From positions 96,001-160,000 of the forward strand of contig JBBISH010000001.1 in assembly GCA_037441385.1 (NCBI GenBank): a stretch of DNA of 64,000 nucleotides. Reading direction: 5' to 3'. Positions 39,448 to 48,752 of this stretch are shown piece by piece. Below the pieces are notes generated by a model, which saw only the letters and a list, made by a program, of their open reading frames with translations, did not search any database and was not told the DNA's origin. The stretch's first letter is position 1. Each line of letters opens with the position of its first letter. The DNA comes from Myxococcales bacterium (GTDB taxonomy: Bacteria > Myxococcota_A > UBA9042). Made by a program: the position numbers and the translations under genes.

Positions 39448-40407
39448 ATGCCCAGCGGCACTTCGGCCCAACGTGCGATTTGGGTGTTTGTGCCCTTGGC
39501 CTTTGGCGTCGCCAGCGCCCTGTGGGCGATCGTTGCTCCGTCCGCGACGCGAGCGACAGAGAAGGCGAGCATGCACGCGGCCTCCGCACCCGGTTCTGCT
39601 CCAGATCCCACCAGCGGTCACGCGGCCAAGCCAGTCTGCGAAGTCCAGGTCGAGGCTGGCAGCGACCACTTGGCGCGCGCCTTGCTTGAAGCCGCGCCCG
39701 GCAGCCACCTGTGCCTGCAGCCAGGCGTACACAGCGCGGCGCTGACCATCAGCAAGTCGTTGACACTGCACGGCAATGCCGAAGGTGTGATTCTGCAAGG
39801 CACCAGCCGCGACTCGGTGCTGCGCATCGACGACGACGGCGTGGCCTTGCGCCTAGAAAATCTGATTCTACAAGGCGGTTCGGCGCAGGCCGGAGGCGGA
39901 TTGGCGGTGTACGGCCGCGGCAAGGTCCAGGTCGTGGACTGCACCTTCCGCGACAACGTGGGCGGCATGGTCGGCGGCGGTGCCATCTACGTGCGGGCTG
40001 GCATGTTCATCGCCGAGCGGTGCCACTTCGAGCGCAACCGCGGCCGGCAAGGCGGCGCGCTGATGTTCGACATGGCCATGCACGCCGAGCTGCTGCGCTG
40101 CACGTTCACAGGCAATCGCGCCGAAATCGCCGGGGCACTGCGGGTGAGCGAAGCCGCTGAAGCCGACGTCAAAGCCTGCAAATTCGACGACAACCGCGGC
40201 GACGACGGCAGCACCGTGCGCCTGTCGGGCACCCGCAGTCGCGTCCCCACCGTGCGCCTGGACCACTGCGAGGTCGACGGCGGCAACCTCATCAACGGCC
40301 CGGAAATCCAGGGCCATATCACAGCAAAGGGCTGCAAGCTCCCCTCTACGTGGAAGGGCGTTGCGGCAGACGGCGGCGGCAACACGTGGCGGGCCGCAAA
40401 CCCCTAG
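39448..40407 (+). CDS. right-handed beta-helix (pectin-lyase-like/Pmp-repeat) protein
   Basis: Repeated CTFRDN/CHFERN/CTFTGN with GGA motifs; N-terminal hydrophobic anchor. Confidence 0.75.
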   Translation: MPSGTSAQRAIWVFVPLAFGVASALWAIVAPSATRATEKASMHAASAPGSAPDPTSGHAAKPVCEVQVEAGSDHLARALLEAAPGSHLCLQPGVHSAALTISKSLTLHGNAEGVILQGTSRDSVLRIDDDGVALRLENLILQGGSAQAGGGLAVYGRGKVQVVDCTFRDNVGGMVGGGAIYVRAGMFIAERCHFERNRGRQGGALMFDMAMHAELLRCTFTGNRAEIAGALRVSEAAEADVKACKFDDNRGDDGSTVRLSGTRSRVPTVRLDHCEVDGGNLINGPEIQGHITAKGCKLPSTWKGVAADGGGNTWRAANP

Positions 40408-40445
40408 CAATCCGGGCCCCTTGGCGGCCGCAACCTGGAGGCAGC

Positions 40446-41435
40446 ATGCCAGCGCATGATTCCAAGAAAAACAAGAACAACCGGCCGCAGCCGCAGCAAC
40501 CCAAGCCGCAGCAACCCAAACCGCAGCAGCCGGCGCCGCAACAACCCAAACCGCAGGCCCCGGCACAAGCCCCGGTCAAGCCCCGCGATCTGGCCGACCC
40601 GGGCGTGACCCGCGACGAGAAGACCAAAGCGCTGGATCCGTACGCCTACAAGAAGAACGATCGCGGCGCCAAGCTGTACGGCCCCGACGGGGTCAAGGCG
40701 GCCGATGTGCGCCAGGGCTACATTGGCGACTGCTACATGGCCGCGTCGATGTCGGCGGTGGCGGGCGCCAAGCCCGACGCGATCAAGCAGGCGATCAAAG
40801 ACAACAACGACGGCACTTTTACCGTGCGTTTCTTCGAGCTCGACTACTCCGGGCGCAAGACCGCCCACAACGAGACGGTCGACGCCGATCTGCCGCACTA
40901 CGGCGACATGCCCGCCTACGCCAAGTCGACCGAGAAGGTGGATGGCAAGGAGTACATGGAGTTGTGGCCCTCGATTCTCGAGAAGGCCTACGCGCAGTGG
41001 AAGGGCAGCTACGACGCTATGGGCAACGGCGGCATCGCGGGCGACGTGATGACCGCCCTGACCGGTGAGCGCTCGTCGCAGGTCACCACGGCCGGACCGG
41101 GCGAAGCTGACGCACTCTGGACCAAGATGAAGGCCGCGTCAGACCAGAAGAAACCGATGACGGCGGGCACGGGCGGCGAAGAAGACCCCCGCTACAAGGA
41201 CCCCAAGGCGGGCGTGTACGGCTGGCACGCCTACACGGTGTTGGGCGTGGAAGAAGCCAAAGAAGGCGACAAGACCAAGCGTTACGTCATCTGCCGCAAC
41301 CCGTGGGCCAAGCGGCGACGCAACGCCGATGCGGCCGCCGTGGGCGACACCACCAACGACACCGCCGGCGGCGTGTTCAAGCTGGAGTGGGCTGAGTTCC
41401 GCCGGCTGTACGACAACGTCACGGTCAATGGGTAG
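40446..41435 (+). CDS. calpain-like (peptidase C2) cysteine protease
   Basis: QGYIGDCY, LWPSILEKAYA, HAY and RNPW catalytic motifs; N-terminal PQQPK repeats. Confidence 0.88.
   Translation: MPAHDSKKNKNNRPQPQQPKPQQPKPQQPAPQQPKPQAPAQAPVKPRDLADPGVTRDEKTKALDPYAYKKNDRGAKLYGPDGVKAADVRQGYIGDCYMAASMSAVAGAKPDAIKQAIKDNNDGTFTVRFFELDYSGRKTAHNETVDADLPHYGDMPAYAKSTEKVDGKEYMELWPSILEKAYAQWKGSYDAMGNGGIAGDVMTALTGERSSQVTTAGPGEADALWTKMKAASDQKKPMTAGTGGEEDPRYKDPKAGVYGWHAYTVLGVEEAKEGDKTKRYVICRNPWAKRRRNADAAAVGDTTNDTAGGVFKLEWAEFRRLYDNVTVNG
40491..40565. repeat. 15-bp imperfect tandem repeat x5 encoding PQQPK
   Basis: Read directly from sequence. Confidence 0.8.
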
Positions 41436-42132
41436 TCCCTTGCGCTACGCTTTTCGCTTTGTCGTGTGGGCCGTCGCGGCGGCCGGGTCCGTCGGTTGTT
41501 CCAGCGGCGCGACCTCCAATGGGTCGAATACCGCCGCGGCCGACGCCAGCACCACCGATTCGGGCAGTGGCGACTCGAGCAGTGGCGACTCGGGCAGTGC
41601 CGACCTGAATACCAGCAAGTGCGGCAAGTTCGACGACGGCACCTATGGCAAGAAGGTGCCTTGGCAGGGCTACACGGCCGAGGGCACCTTGTTGTCGTGC
41701 AACGTCTGCCGCGGCGGCTACCAGAACCTGAACGGTTCCTGGCGGTTCATCGACTTCAAGACCGAAGATCCGGCCACGCCCGTAGACCCCGAACTGCTGA
41801 CCTTTGACGGCAACACCTACAGCGACCACATCCGTGGCAACGACGGCGGCAAGCAGGTCGAACAGACCAGCAACGGCTGGTACTTCTGCGGCGACAAGGC
41901 CGAGATCCCCTCGTTGGACAGCATCTTTGTCATCGAGAAGGCCACGCCCGACGGCGCCTTTGGCAACCACGCCGGTGGCTTCTGGCGGGCCAGCGTCAAG
42001 ACCAACGGCAACGACCTGATTGCACTGGGCTTGTCCAAGGGTCTGACCGGCGATGCGGTCGGCGAATTCTTGTACTGCCGGGTGGGCAGCACGATCGCCG
42101 GTCATCCCTGCACCGATCCGTTTGCCAAGTAG
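41428..42132 (+). CDS. hypothetical lipoprotein
   Basis: SVGC lipobox, DSGSG linker repeats (41557-41601), Cys-containing globular domain. Confidence 0.7.
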   Translation: MGSPLRYAFRFVVWAVAAAGSVGCSSGATSNGSNTAAADASTTDSGSGDSSSGDSGSADLNTSKCGKFDDGTYGKKVPWQGYTAEGTLLSCNVCRGGYQNLNGSWRFIDFKTEDPATPVDPELLTFDGNTYSDHIRGNDGGKQVEQTSNGWYFCGDKAEIPSLDSIFVIEKATPDGAFGNHAGGFWRASVKTNGNDLIALGLSKGLTGDAVGEFLYCRVGSTIAGHPCTDPFAK

Positions 42133-42177
42133 ATCCCATCCCTTCCACTCAGCCGGCGCCTGCGCGCTTGGTCGTCT

Positions 42178-43362
42178 ATGCCACGCTTGAACTTGTTCTT
42201 TGTGCTTTTTGGTGCGGTGGTGTTGGTGCTGGTCGTGGGCACGCACGCCCTGCTGTACCAGCGCCTGGCGGTGTCCACGCAACTACCTAAAATCTGGCAG
42301 CAACTGCTCGCGGTAGTTCTGGTGGCGTTGGCCATCAGCCTGCCGGTGGGCCTGGCGGTGGTGCGGCTGCTGGGTCAGAGCTGGCTGCGCGGCTGGGCGG
42401 TGGCCAGTTTTGTGTGGATGGGCCTGCTGTTCCTGCTGCTGGTGGCGGTGGGCGTGGCCGGGCTACTGGGCTGGGGACACGACAAGCTCGCCGATCTACG
42501 CGGTATGGCGGTGGATCCCGAGCGGCGCTTGTTCCTGTCGCGGCTGCTGGCCGGGTCGGCAACGGGCGGAGCGCTGCTCGCGGGCACGGTGGCGGTGCAG
42601 CAAGCGTGGCGGCGTCCCGAGCTGCGGCGGGTGGAGGTGCCCCTGCCCAAGCTGCACAAGTCCATGGATGGACTCAAGATCGTCCAGATCAGCGACGTCC
42701 ACGTGGGCCCGACGATCCGCCGCGAGTGGGTCGAGGCGCTGGTGGCCGAGGTCAACGCGAGCCAGCCCGATGTGATTGCTTTGACCGGGGATTTTGTGGA
42801 CGGCTCTGTGGACGAGCTGGCCGACCACGTAGCGCCCTTCGCTAACTTGAAAGCACGGCTGGGGGTGTTCTTTGTCACCGGCAACCACGAGTACTTTTCG
42901 GGCGTAGAGAGTTGGCTGGCCCACTGGCGCTCGCTAGGTGTGCGGGTTTTGCGCAACGAATGCGTCACCTTGCGCGATGGCGGCGGCGAGCTGGACGTGC
43001 TGGGTGTGGACGACTGGAGCGCGGCGCGAATGGGCCGACCCGGCCACGGTCACGATCTGCAGAAAGCGCTGCAAGGCCGCGATGCGACTCGCCCTTCGCT
43101 ACTTCTGGCCCATCAGCCCAAGGCGGTCGACCAGGCAGCGGCGGTGGGCGTCGATTTGCAGCTGTCGGGGCACACGCACGGCGGACAAATCTGGCCGTTC
43201 AACTGGTTGGTGCTATTGCAGCAGCCCTACGTCGCGGGCCTGCACAAGCACGGCGGCACGTGGATCTACATCAGCCGCGGCGCCGGCTTTTGGGGCCCGC
43301 CGATGCGGTTGGCGGCGCCTTCTGAAGTCACCCAGGTCGTCCTGCGGGCTGCCGAGAGCTAG
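42178..43362 (+). CDS. membrane metallophosphoesterase (YkuE-like)
   Basis: N-terminal TM helices; SDVH, TGDFVD, GNHE, LAHQP, GHTHGGQ. Confidence 0.92.
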   Translation: MPRLNLFFVLFGAVVLVLVVGTHALLYQRLAVSTQLPKIWQQLLAVVLVALAISLPVGLAVVRLLGQSWLRGWAVASFVWMGLLFLLLVAVGVAGLLGWGHDKLADLRGMAVDPERRLFLSRLLAGSATGGALLAGTVAVQQAWRRPELRRVEVPLPKLHKSMDGLKIVQISDVHVGPTIRREWVEALVAEVNASQPDVIALTGDFVDGSVDELADHVAPFANLKARLGVFFVTGNHEYFSGVESWLAHWRSLGVRVLRNECVTLRDGGGELDVLGVDDWSAARMGRPGHGHDLQKALQGRDATRPSLLLAHQPKAVDQAAAVGVDLQLSGHTHGGQIWPFNWLVLLQQPYVAGLHKHGGTWIYISRGAGFWGPPMRLAAPSEVTQVVLRAAES

Positions 43363-44745
43363 ATGAATATCAAGTTGACGCTTGTTTATCTGACCCTGGT
43401 GAGCGGCTGTGCCGTGCATCTGCGGGCGCCGGAACCGGATTTGCGCGATCAGGCGCCGCTGCGGCCGTCGGCGCAACCGTCGAATATCGCCGCGGTGGCG
43501 CGCATCCCCTACGCCACCGTGGCGGCGCTGGTCGAAGCCCAACTGCCTGCCAAGCTGGCGGGCACCGAAAAGCTGGGCATGGTCGACGCGACCTGGCAGG
43601 TGTGGCGCGACGGCGCGGTGGGAGCGCACGCCGATCAGCGCGGAAGGCTCTGTTTTGACGTGCCCTTTGGCGGCAAGGGCGAGATGGCGGCCTTTGGCCA
43701 ACGGCTGGACCGCGAACTGCGCGCGCAAATCCAGGTGTGTGCGCAGCCCGTGCTCGACGGCCAGGCCGTGCTGCGGCTCAAAGAAGTCGATGCCCGGGTG
43801 CTCATCGACCGCAATTCGCTGGGCGGCCCGCTGCAACTGCTGCTCGACGCGGTGGCCGGCCGACTGCAGCAGGTGGCGTCCGAGGACTTGACTAGGCGGA
43901 TTCAGGACTTGAGTGTGCCGACGCCCGACGCACTGGCACCGGTGCAGGCGACCATCCGCAAGCCAATCGACCTCGGCCAGACCAGTTGCCTCAAGCTGCG
44001 GCCACAGCAAGCTTGGCTCGCGCAACCCGGTATCGATCCCACGGCCCTGCGCATTGGCGCGGCGGTGCAGGCTCTGCCCACCGTCGAGCGCCCGTGTACG
44101 GCGCAAGATTCGTCCGGTGCGGGTCGGCTAGCCGTGGGAGTGGTGCCGCACCTGGAGCAGCCCAAAACCGCGCTGTGGCTGCCGATGGCGACGGGCATCG
44201 AAGTCATTGAAGAGCAAGTGCAAAATGCCGTCACCGCCATGGGCCGCATCGACACGCCGCAGGGTTGGCTGCAAGTGGGCAAGGTCAAGCTGAGCACGAG
44301 TCGCGGCAACCTGCTGGTGCGCGCGGCGATCGACGGCCAGGTGCGCGACTCGGTCTTGTTCATCCCGATCCAGCGGCGAGTCAAGGGCGAGGTGCTGCTG
44401 TGGGGCGTGCCGAAGGTCGATGCCTCTGGGGTGCACATGGACGACCTGCAGTTGGACCTGCAGAGCGACGATGCGCTGGTCGACTGGGTGGCGAGCCTCA
44501 AGCGCTCGGATCTGGTCAAGATCGTGGCCAGCAAGCTGGCGATCAAGAAAGAAAAGATCGATGCCGACGCGCAGCGGGCCCTGGCTTCGCTGGGGCAGGG
44601 GGTGGTGGTGAGCGGCGTGCGCCTACCCGTGCGCGTCGATACGGAGCTGCTGGAGCTGCAGCAGGTCAGCGCGGTGGGCCAACGGCTCGAGGTGCTGGTG
44701 CACTTTGTCGGTCAGGTCGTGGTCGGCGACACCAACGCGCGCTGA
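43363..44745 (+). CDS. DUF4403-like lipoprotein
   Basis: VSGC lipobox, two beta-rich halves, GEVLLWGVP; family assignment is tentative. Confidence 0.55.
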   Translation: MNIKLTLVYLTLVSGCAVHLRAPEPDLRDQAPLRPSAQPSNIAAVARIPYATVAALVEAQLPAKLAGTEKLGMVDATWQVWRDGAVGAHADQRGRLCFDVPFGGKGEMAAFGQRLDRELRAQIQVCAQPVLDGQAVLRLKEVDARVLIDRNSLGGPLQLLLDAVAGRLQQVASEDLTRRIQDLSVPTPDALAPVQATIRKPIDLGQTSCLKLRPQQAWLAQPGIDPTALRIGAAVQALPTVERPCTAQDSSGAGRLAVGVVPHLEQPKTALWLPMATGIEVIEEQVQNAVTAMGRIDTPQGWLQVGKVKLSTSRGNLLVRAAIDGQVRDSVLFIPIQRRVKGEVLLWGVPKVDASGVHMDDLQLDLQSDDALVDWVASLKRSDLVKIVASKLAIKKEKIDADAQRALASLGQGVVVSGVRLPVRVDTELLELQQVSAVGQRLEVLVHFVGQVVVGDTNAR

Positions 44746-44775
44746 CCAGGGTACGCTGACGCGAGCGCCAGCGAG

Positions 44776-44800
44776 AAAGCGGACTTATTCAGTCCGCTAT
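44776..44800. promoter_or_regulatory. IscR type-1-like operator upstream of nfuA
   Basis: AAAGCGGACTTATTCAGTCCGCTAT matches ATASYYGACTRWWWYAGTCRRSTAT at 21/25; contains a perfect 8-5-8 palindrome and abuts the -35. Confidence 0.7.
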
Positions 44801-44827
44801 TGACAGAGCGGCGGCCGCGCCTAGCAT
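44800..44827 (+). promoter_or_regulatory. sigma70-like promoter of nfuA (TTGACA-N16-TAGCAT)
   Basis: Consensus -35 and a TAnnnT -10 ending 35 bp before the ATG. Confidence 0.6.
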
Positions 44828-44862
44828 GGGCAACGGGCGGTCGACCGCCAATGGGGTTTTGG

Positions 44863-45426
44863 ATGCAGATCACCAGCGCCGCCGTGCGCAAAGTGCGCGA
44901 AATGGGCGACAAGCAGCAGCCGGCCGGCTACGGACTGCGCGTCATCGTCGACGTGGGCGGGCCCGATGGCTTCTTCTACGATCTCGACTTCGAGACCGAC
45001 AAGCGCGACGACGACGAAACGCTGGTGGCCGACGGCCTGACGGTCTACATCGACCAGAAGTCCATGGAGCGCTTCCGCGACGGCACCATCGACTACGTCG
45101 AGACGGCCGATTTCTCGGGTTTCCACTTCGACAACCCCAACGCCACCGGCCCGGGCGCCGATGCGCCGCTTCACGATCGCGTACAGTGGGTCATCGACAC
45201 CGAGATCAACCCTGGCTTGGCCGGCCACGGCGGCGTGTGCGAGCTGGTCGAGACCATCGACACCAACGTGCACTTGCGCTTTGGCGGCGGTTGCCACGGC
45301 TGCTCGGCCAGCTCGGCGACGCTGAAGTTCGGCATCGAGGCCAAGCTGCGCGAAAAGTTCCCCGATATCGGCGAGATCGTCGACGTCACCGATCACAGCA
45401 CCGGTGCCAACCCCTTCTATTCGTAG
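44863..45426 (+). CDS. nfuA: Fe-S carrier NfuA (degenerate A-type domain plus NifU-C domain)
   Basis: Cys-less ATC-like domain (GFHFDNPNA), then INPGLAGHGG, GGGCHGC, DVTDH...NPFY. Confidence 0.9.
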   Translation: MQITSAAVRKVREMGDKQQPAGYGLRVIVDVGGPDGFFYDLDFETDKRDDDETLVADGLTVYIDQKSMERFRDGTIDYVETADFSGFHFDNPNATGPGADAPLHDRVQWVIDTEINPGLAGHGGVCELVETIDTNVHLRFGGGCHGCSASSATLKFGIEAKLREKFPDIGEIVDVTDHSTGANPFYS

Positions 45427-46430
45427 CTGCTCAGCTCGTCCAACCGAGCCAATTCCTCCAACCACGGCGCGGTCATGCGCCCGAGCAGCGTGGTGTGGCG
45501 GTGGGCGGTGAGCCAGGCGCGATCGGGCCGTTTGCCGACGCGTCGCGCCAGCACCGAATCGTACAGGTGGGCGACGACCGCGCGCGGATGCGGCGTGTTC
45601 CCTAGCTTCTGCTGGGGATCGTCGTGGATGTAGTCCGCGCAGACCTCGGGTGCCAGCGGGTAGCAGACCTCGGGTGGCAAGACCTGCCAGTCCGCCTGAG
45701 TGACATTGCCCGTGGCCGCCTCCAAGAGCCGCGGCCCCAATTCGTACAAACGCTGCGCCTGGCGGTCGTCCATGGCCGCGATCCGCCGCAACAACTCGGC
45801 CACGAACGGATGCCGCGGTCGCGCCCCCAGCACGGCATTGTTGCAGGCCAGAGCAAAGTGCTGCTCCAGCTTGGCAAATCGCTCGCCGGCACCGGCAGTC
45901 TGAGCCACGGCGTGGCGGGCCGCCAGCAGCGCCCCTGCCTTGGCCCAGCGCAGCGGATTCTTGCTCTGGTACAGGTCGGCCGGCAACGCGACGCGCTCTA
46001 GACCGCAGAACCCGGGATGGATCCTCAGGCTATCCAAGTTGGCCAGGGTCAGCGCGTCCGCGTCCAGGTACAGGCCGCCTTGTGCCCACAGCACCCGCAG
46101 CCGCGCCAGATCCGCCCGCGCCGCCGGTAGTTGCAGGGCCTGGTCCAGCCGCAGCAGGCGCGCCCGCGTTCCGGGCAGCGTGGCCGCGTCCAACTGATCG
46201 TCGCCGGGGTCGCTCAAGTCGCCCAGACAGACCTTGCCGGTCGCCAGCAGCGCCTGAACCTTGCCGTCTTGCCGCAGTTGTCCCGGCAGGCTCCACAGCA
46301 CTACCTGTGGCAGTTGGCCCACGTCCAGGGCCATCTTCACCGTCAACCAGGCCAGGTCGGGCAGCGTGCCGCCCAGCCAGATCACGTGTCCCAGGGGCGG
46401 AATCGGCAAGTCCGGCATGGGCCCAACCAT
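45417..46430 (-). CDS. DXD glycosyltransferase (GT32/Och1-like)
   Basis: HVIWLG, ADLARLRVLWAQGGLYLDAD, NNAVLGARPRHPF, GPRLL. Confidence 0.85.
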   Translation of the reverse strand: MVGPMPDLPIPPLGHVIWLGGTLPDLAWLTVKMALDVGQLPQVVLWSLPGQLRQDGKVQALLATGKVCLGDLSDPGDDQLDAATLPGTRARLLRLDQALQLPAARADLARLRVLWAQGGLYLDADALTLANLDSLRIHPGFCGLERVALPADLYQSKNPLRWAKAGALLAARHAVAQTAGAGERFAKLEQHFALACNNAVLGARPRHPFVAELLRRIAAMDDRQAQRLYELGPRLLEAATGNVTQADWQVLPPEVCYPLAPEVCADYIHDDPQQKLGNTPHPRAVVAHLYDSVLARRVGKRPDRAWLTAHRHTTLLGRMTAPWLEELARLDELSSYE

Positions 46431-46439
46431 GTGGAGTGA

Positions 46440-47840
46440 CTAGCTATTCGGCTTGGTGGCGTCCGGCGTGCTGCCCTCGGGCATGGCGTCGATGCGCATG
46501 TGGCGCGGCACTTGATAGCTGTCCGCCCCGCGGAAAGCGCCTACGGTGCACAGGGTGGTGTGCTGCCACAGCCACGGCCACACGTGGTTGCTGTACAGAC
46601 GCCAGGTGTCGGCCGCACCCTGCTTGGCGCGCGGGGCCGGCGGGTGGGCGGCCAAATGGGCAATTGCGCTCTGGTACGCAGCCTCGTACTTGGCGTAGAC
46701 CACGTCCGGCGCCACGCGGGTGCGCGCCCGCTCGGCCGCATGCTGACTCATGGTGGCGCGCATCTCGGGATTACTCAACAAATCGAGCATCTTGCGGCCC
46801 AGCATTGCGACTTCGTCCGCGCCCGGCTCGACCAAGAAACTGTCGTAGCCGCTCTGGCATTGGTACGAAACGCCCATCTTGTCGTCGATGGCGACCACCG
46901 GCGCGCCGCACCACAGCGCCTCGCTGATGACTTGGCCGTAGGTCTCGCTCAAGCTGGCATAGGCAAACAGATCCGCGTGGCCGTAGTAGTCGCGCAGATC
47001 CTTGTGCGGACGCTCGCCGACAAAGTCGCAGCGCTGCGCCACACCCAGCGATTCCGCCAGTTGCATCAGCGCCTTGTGCTCCAGACCATCGCCTACCAAG
47101 GTCAGCGACGCTTCGGGCTCGGCCGGCAAGACGTATTGGGCAAAGGCCTTGATCACCTTGTCGATGTCTTTCTCGCGGGCGTGCCGGCCCACGGTGATGA
47201 GCCGCTTGCCGCGCGGGAAATTGGGCTTGTACGGGTCTGCGCCCAGCTTGCGATCGAACATCACCACGTCGATCGGCCGCGGGATGACGTGCAGCGGCAC
47301 CGTGAGCGTGCCCTTGTTTTGCCAGTAGTTGGCCAGCGCCAGGCACTGGACGATCAGGCCGTCGCCCGCGTTGTAGCAGTTGGCGAACTTGCGCTCGATG
47401 CCGTCGGACAGGCCGGACCACACGGTGCGCACCGTCTCGATCGCGTACAGCTTGTTGGGCAGCAAATGCTGTGCAAACGCTGGCAGATAGATGGTGTTGG
47501 TGCCCACGCACGGCACCCCGTGCAACTGGCGCATCATGGGCGCCCAGTGCATCAGCAAGCTGTTGCTGTGCGAGTGGATGACGTCGAATTTCGGCGAGTT
47601 GTCAAACGCCGACAGCGGCCAGGGAAACGGGATCTGCACCCCCGGATGGGCGCGGAAACGCACCGAACCCAGCAGCACCGAGCCCGGCTGCGCCGCGGGA
47701 TCGTCTGGACCGGGCTGCGGCCCCACGATGGTCACTTTGTGGCCGCGGCCTTCCAGGTAGCGTTTGAGCGCCTGCGTCGCCAGCGCGGGACCGTTGGCAA
47801 AGGTGGCGACGGGGTAGTCAGTCAAGATGCCGATGTGCAT
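46440..47840 (-). CDS. GT4-family glycosyltransferase
   Basis: GILTDYP...NG, VGRHAREK, ASLSETYGQVISEAL. Confidence 0.9.
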   Translation of the reverse strand: MHIGILTDYPVATFANGPALATQALKRYLEGRGHKVTIVGPQPGPDDPAAQPGSVLLGSVRFRAHPGVQIPFPWPLSAFDNSPKFDVIHSHSNSLLMHWAPMMRQLHGVPCVGTNTIYLPAFAQHLLPNKLYAIETVRTVWSGLSDGIERKFANCYNAGDGLIVQCLALANYWQNKGTLTVPLHVIPRPIDVVMFDRKLGADPYKPNFPRGKRLITVGRHAREKDIDKVIKAFAQYVLPAEPEASLTLVGDGLEHKALMQLAESLGVAQRCDFVGERPHKDLRDYYGHADLFAYASLSETYGQVISEALWCGAPVVAIDDKMGVSYQCQSGYDSFLVEPGADEVAMLGRKMLDLLSNPEMRATMSQHAAERARTRVAPDVVYAKYEAAYQSAIAHLAAHPPAPRAKQGAADTWRLYSNHVWPWLWQHTTLCTVGAFRGADSYQVPRHMRIDAMPEGSTPDATKPNS

Positions 47841-48661
47841 GGCCAAATCTCGCGCAGAGTCACAGGGGGGTGGTGCACCAGCCAGCGGTCGAGCACGCCA
47901 TCCAAGGCGGCGACCAGCGGTGCATGAGCGTAATCGCCCGGATGGACAGCCAAACGCACGGTGCGCAGGGCCGGCAGCAGCGCCGAACCCACGCCCGCGG
48001 TGGCGACCGAGCCCAGCCGGCGCAACGGGTCGCGCGACGCCATGCTGAGCGCCGGCGCCAGGATCTGCTGCCCGCTTTGTACGTCGCAAACCAGCAGGTG
48101 ATCTTCGCACCACTGCAGGCCGGCGGCGCGCACCGCGCGGACCACGGCGTCGTTCTGCAGCCACGCCGGGGCGACAAAGCCTTGCGGCCGCAGATCAAGC
48201 GTGTCCTCGATGATCTGCAGCCCGTGCTGGATGCGTTGCAGGGCCGCGGCGTAGTCCAGGGCCTGGAACTCGCCCTCGCCAGCCGTCAGCGTTGCCGCCG
48301 CGAGTTTGGCCGCAGCGCCGGAAGGCCCCCGATCCGCCAAATGGTAGAACCCGTGCAGCGCGACTTCGTCCCGCGGGCCCAAGGCGCGCTTGAGGCGCCT
48401 GCAGAAATCGCGGTGATGGCGCAAATCCGCGCGCATGTGATAGTCGGGCACCACCAACAACGTCAGCGCTTCCACGCCCTTGGAGCGCAGGTGCTCGATC
48501 GAGCGGAACACCACGTCGTCATGAGCCGGCGACACGTCGTGCAGGCTGACCAGTGTTTGCCGCTCGGGCCAACGGGGACCGCGCGCCACCTGCTGGGCGG
48601 CTCTGCCAAACCCGTCAAGCCAACGGGCGGGGGCAGGCATGTCGGTCGAAGTGGACGGCAT
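47822..48661 (-). CDS. DUF2334/polysaccharide deacetylase-like protein
   Basis: VSLHDVSP, ALHGFYH, EGEF, GFVAPAW, RLAVHPGD; start uncertain. Confidence 0.8.
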   Translation of the reverse strand: MPSTSTDMPAPARWLDGFGRAAQQVARGPRWPERQTLVSLHDVSPAHDDVVFRSIEHLRSKGVEALTLLVVPDYHMRADLRHHRDFCRRLKRALGPRDEVALHGFYHLADRGPSGAAAKLAAATLTAGEGEFQALDYAAALQRIQHGLQIIEDTLDLRPQGFVAPAWLQNDAVVRAVRAAGLQWCEDHLLVCDVQSGQQILAPALSMASRDPLRRLGSVATAGVGSALLPALRTVRLAVHPGDYAHAPLVAALDGVLDRWLVHHPPVTLREIWPCTSAS

Positions 48662-48752
48662 GGAGGTTCGGTCCGCGTGCGCCACGGCACGGCAAGGCGC
48701 GGGAGTTTAGCCGTTCTGAGCAGCGCATGCCAGGACTTGCAGGGCGCTGACG

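Noticed and set aside
44863..45150. Loss of Cys in the A-type carrier domain as a sign of pseudogenisation
   Set aside because: A degenerate Cys-less N-terminal domain is the normal NfuA architecture
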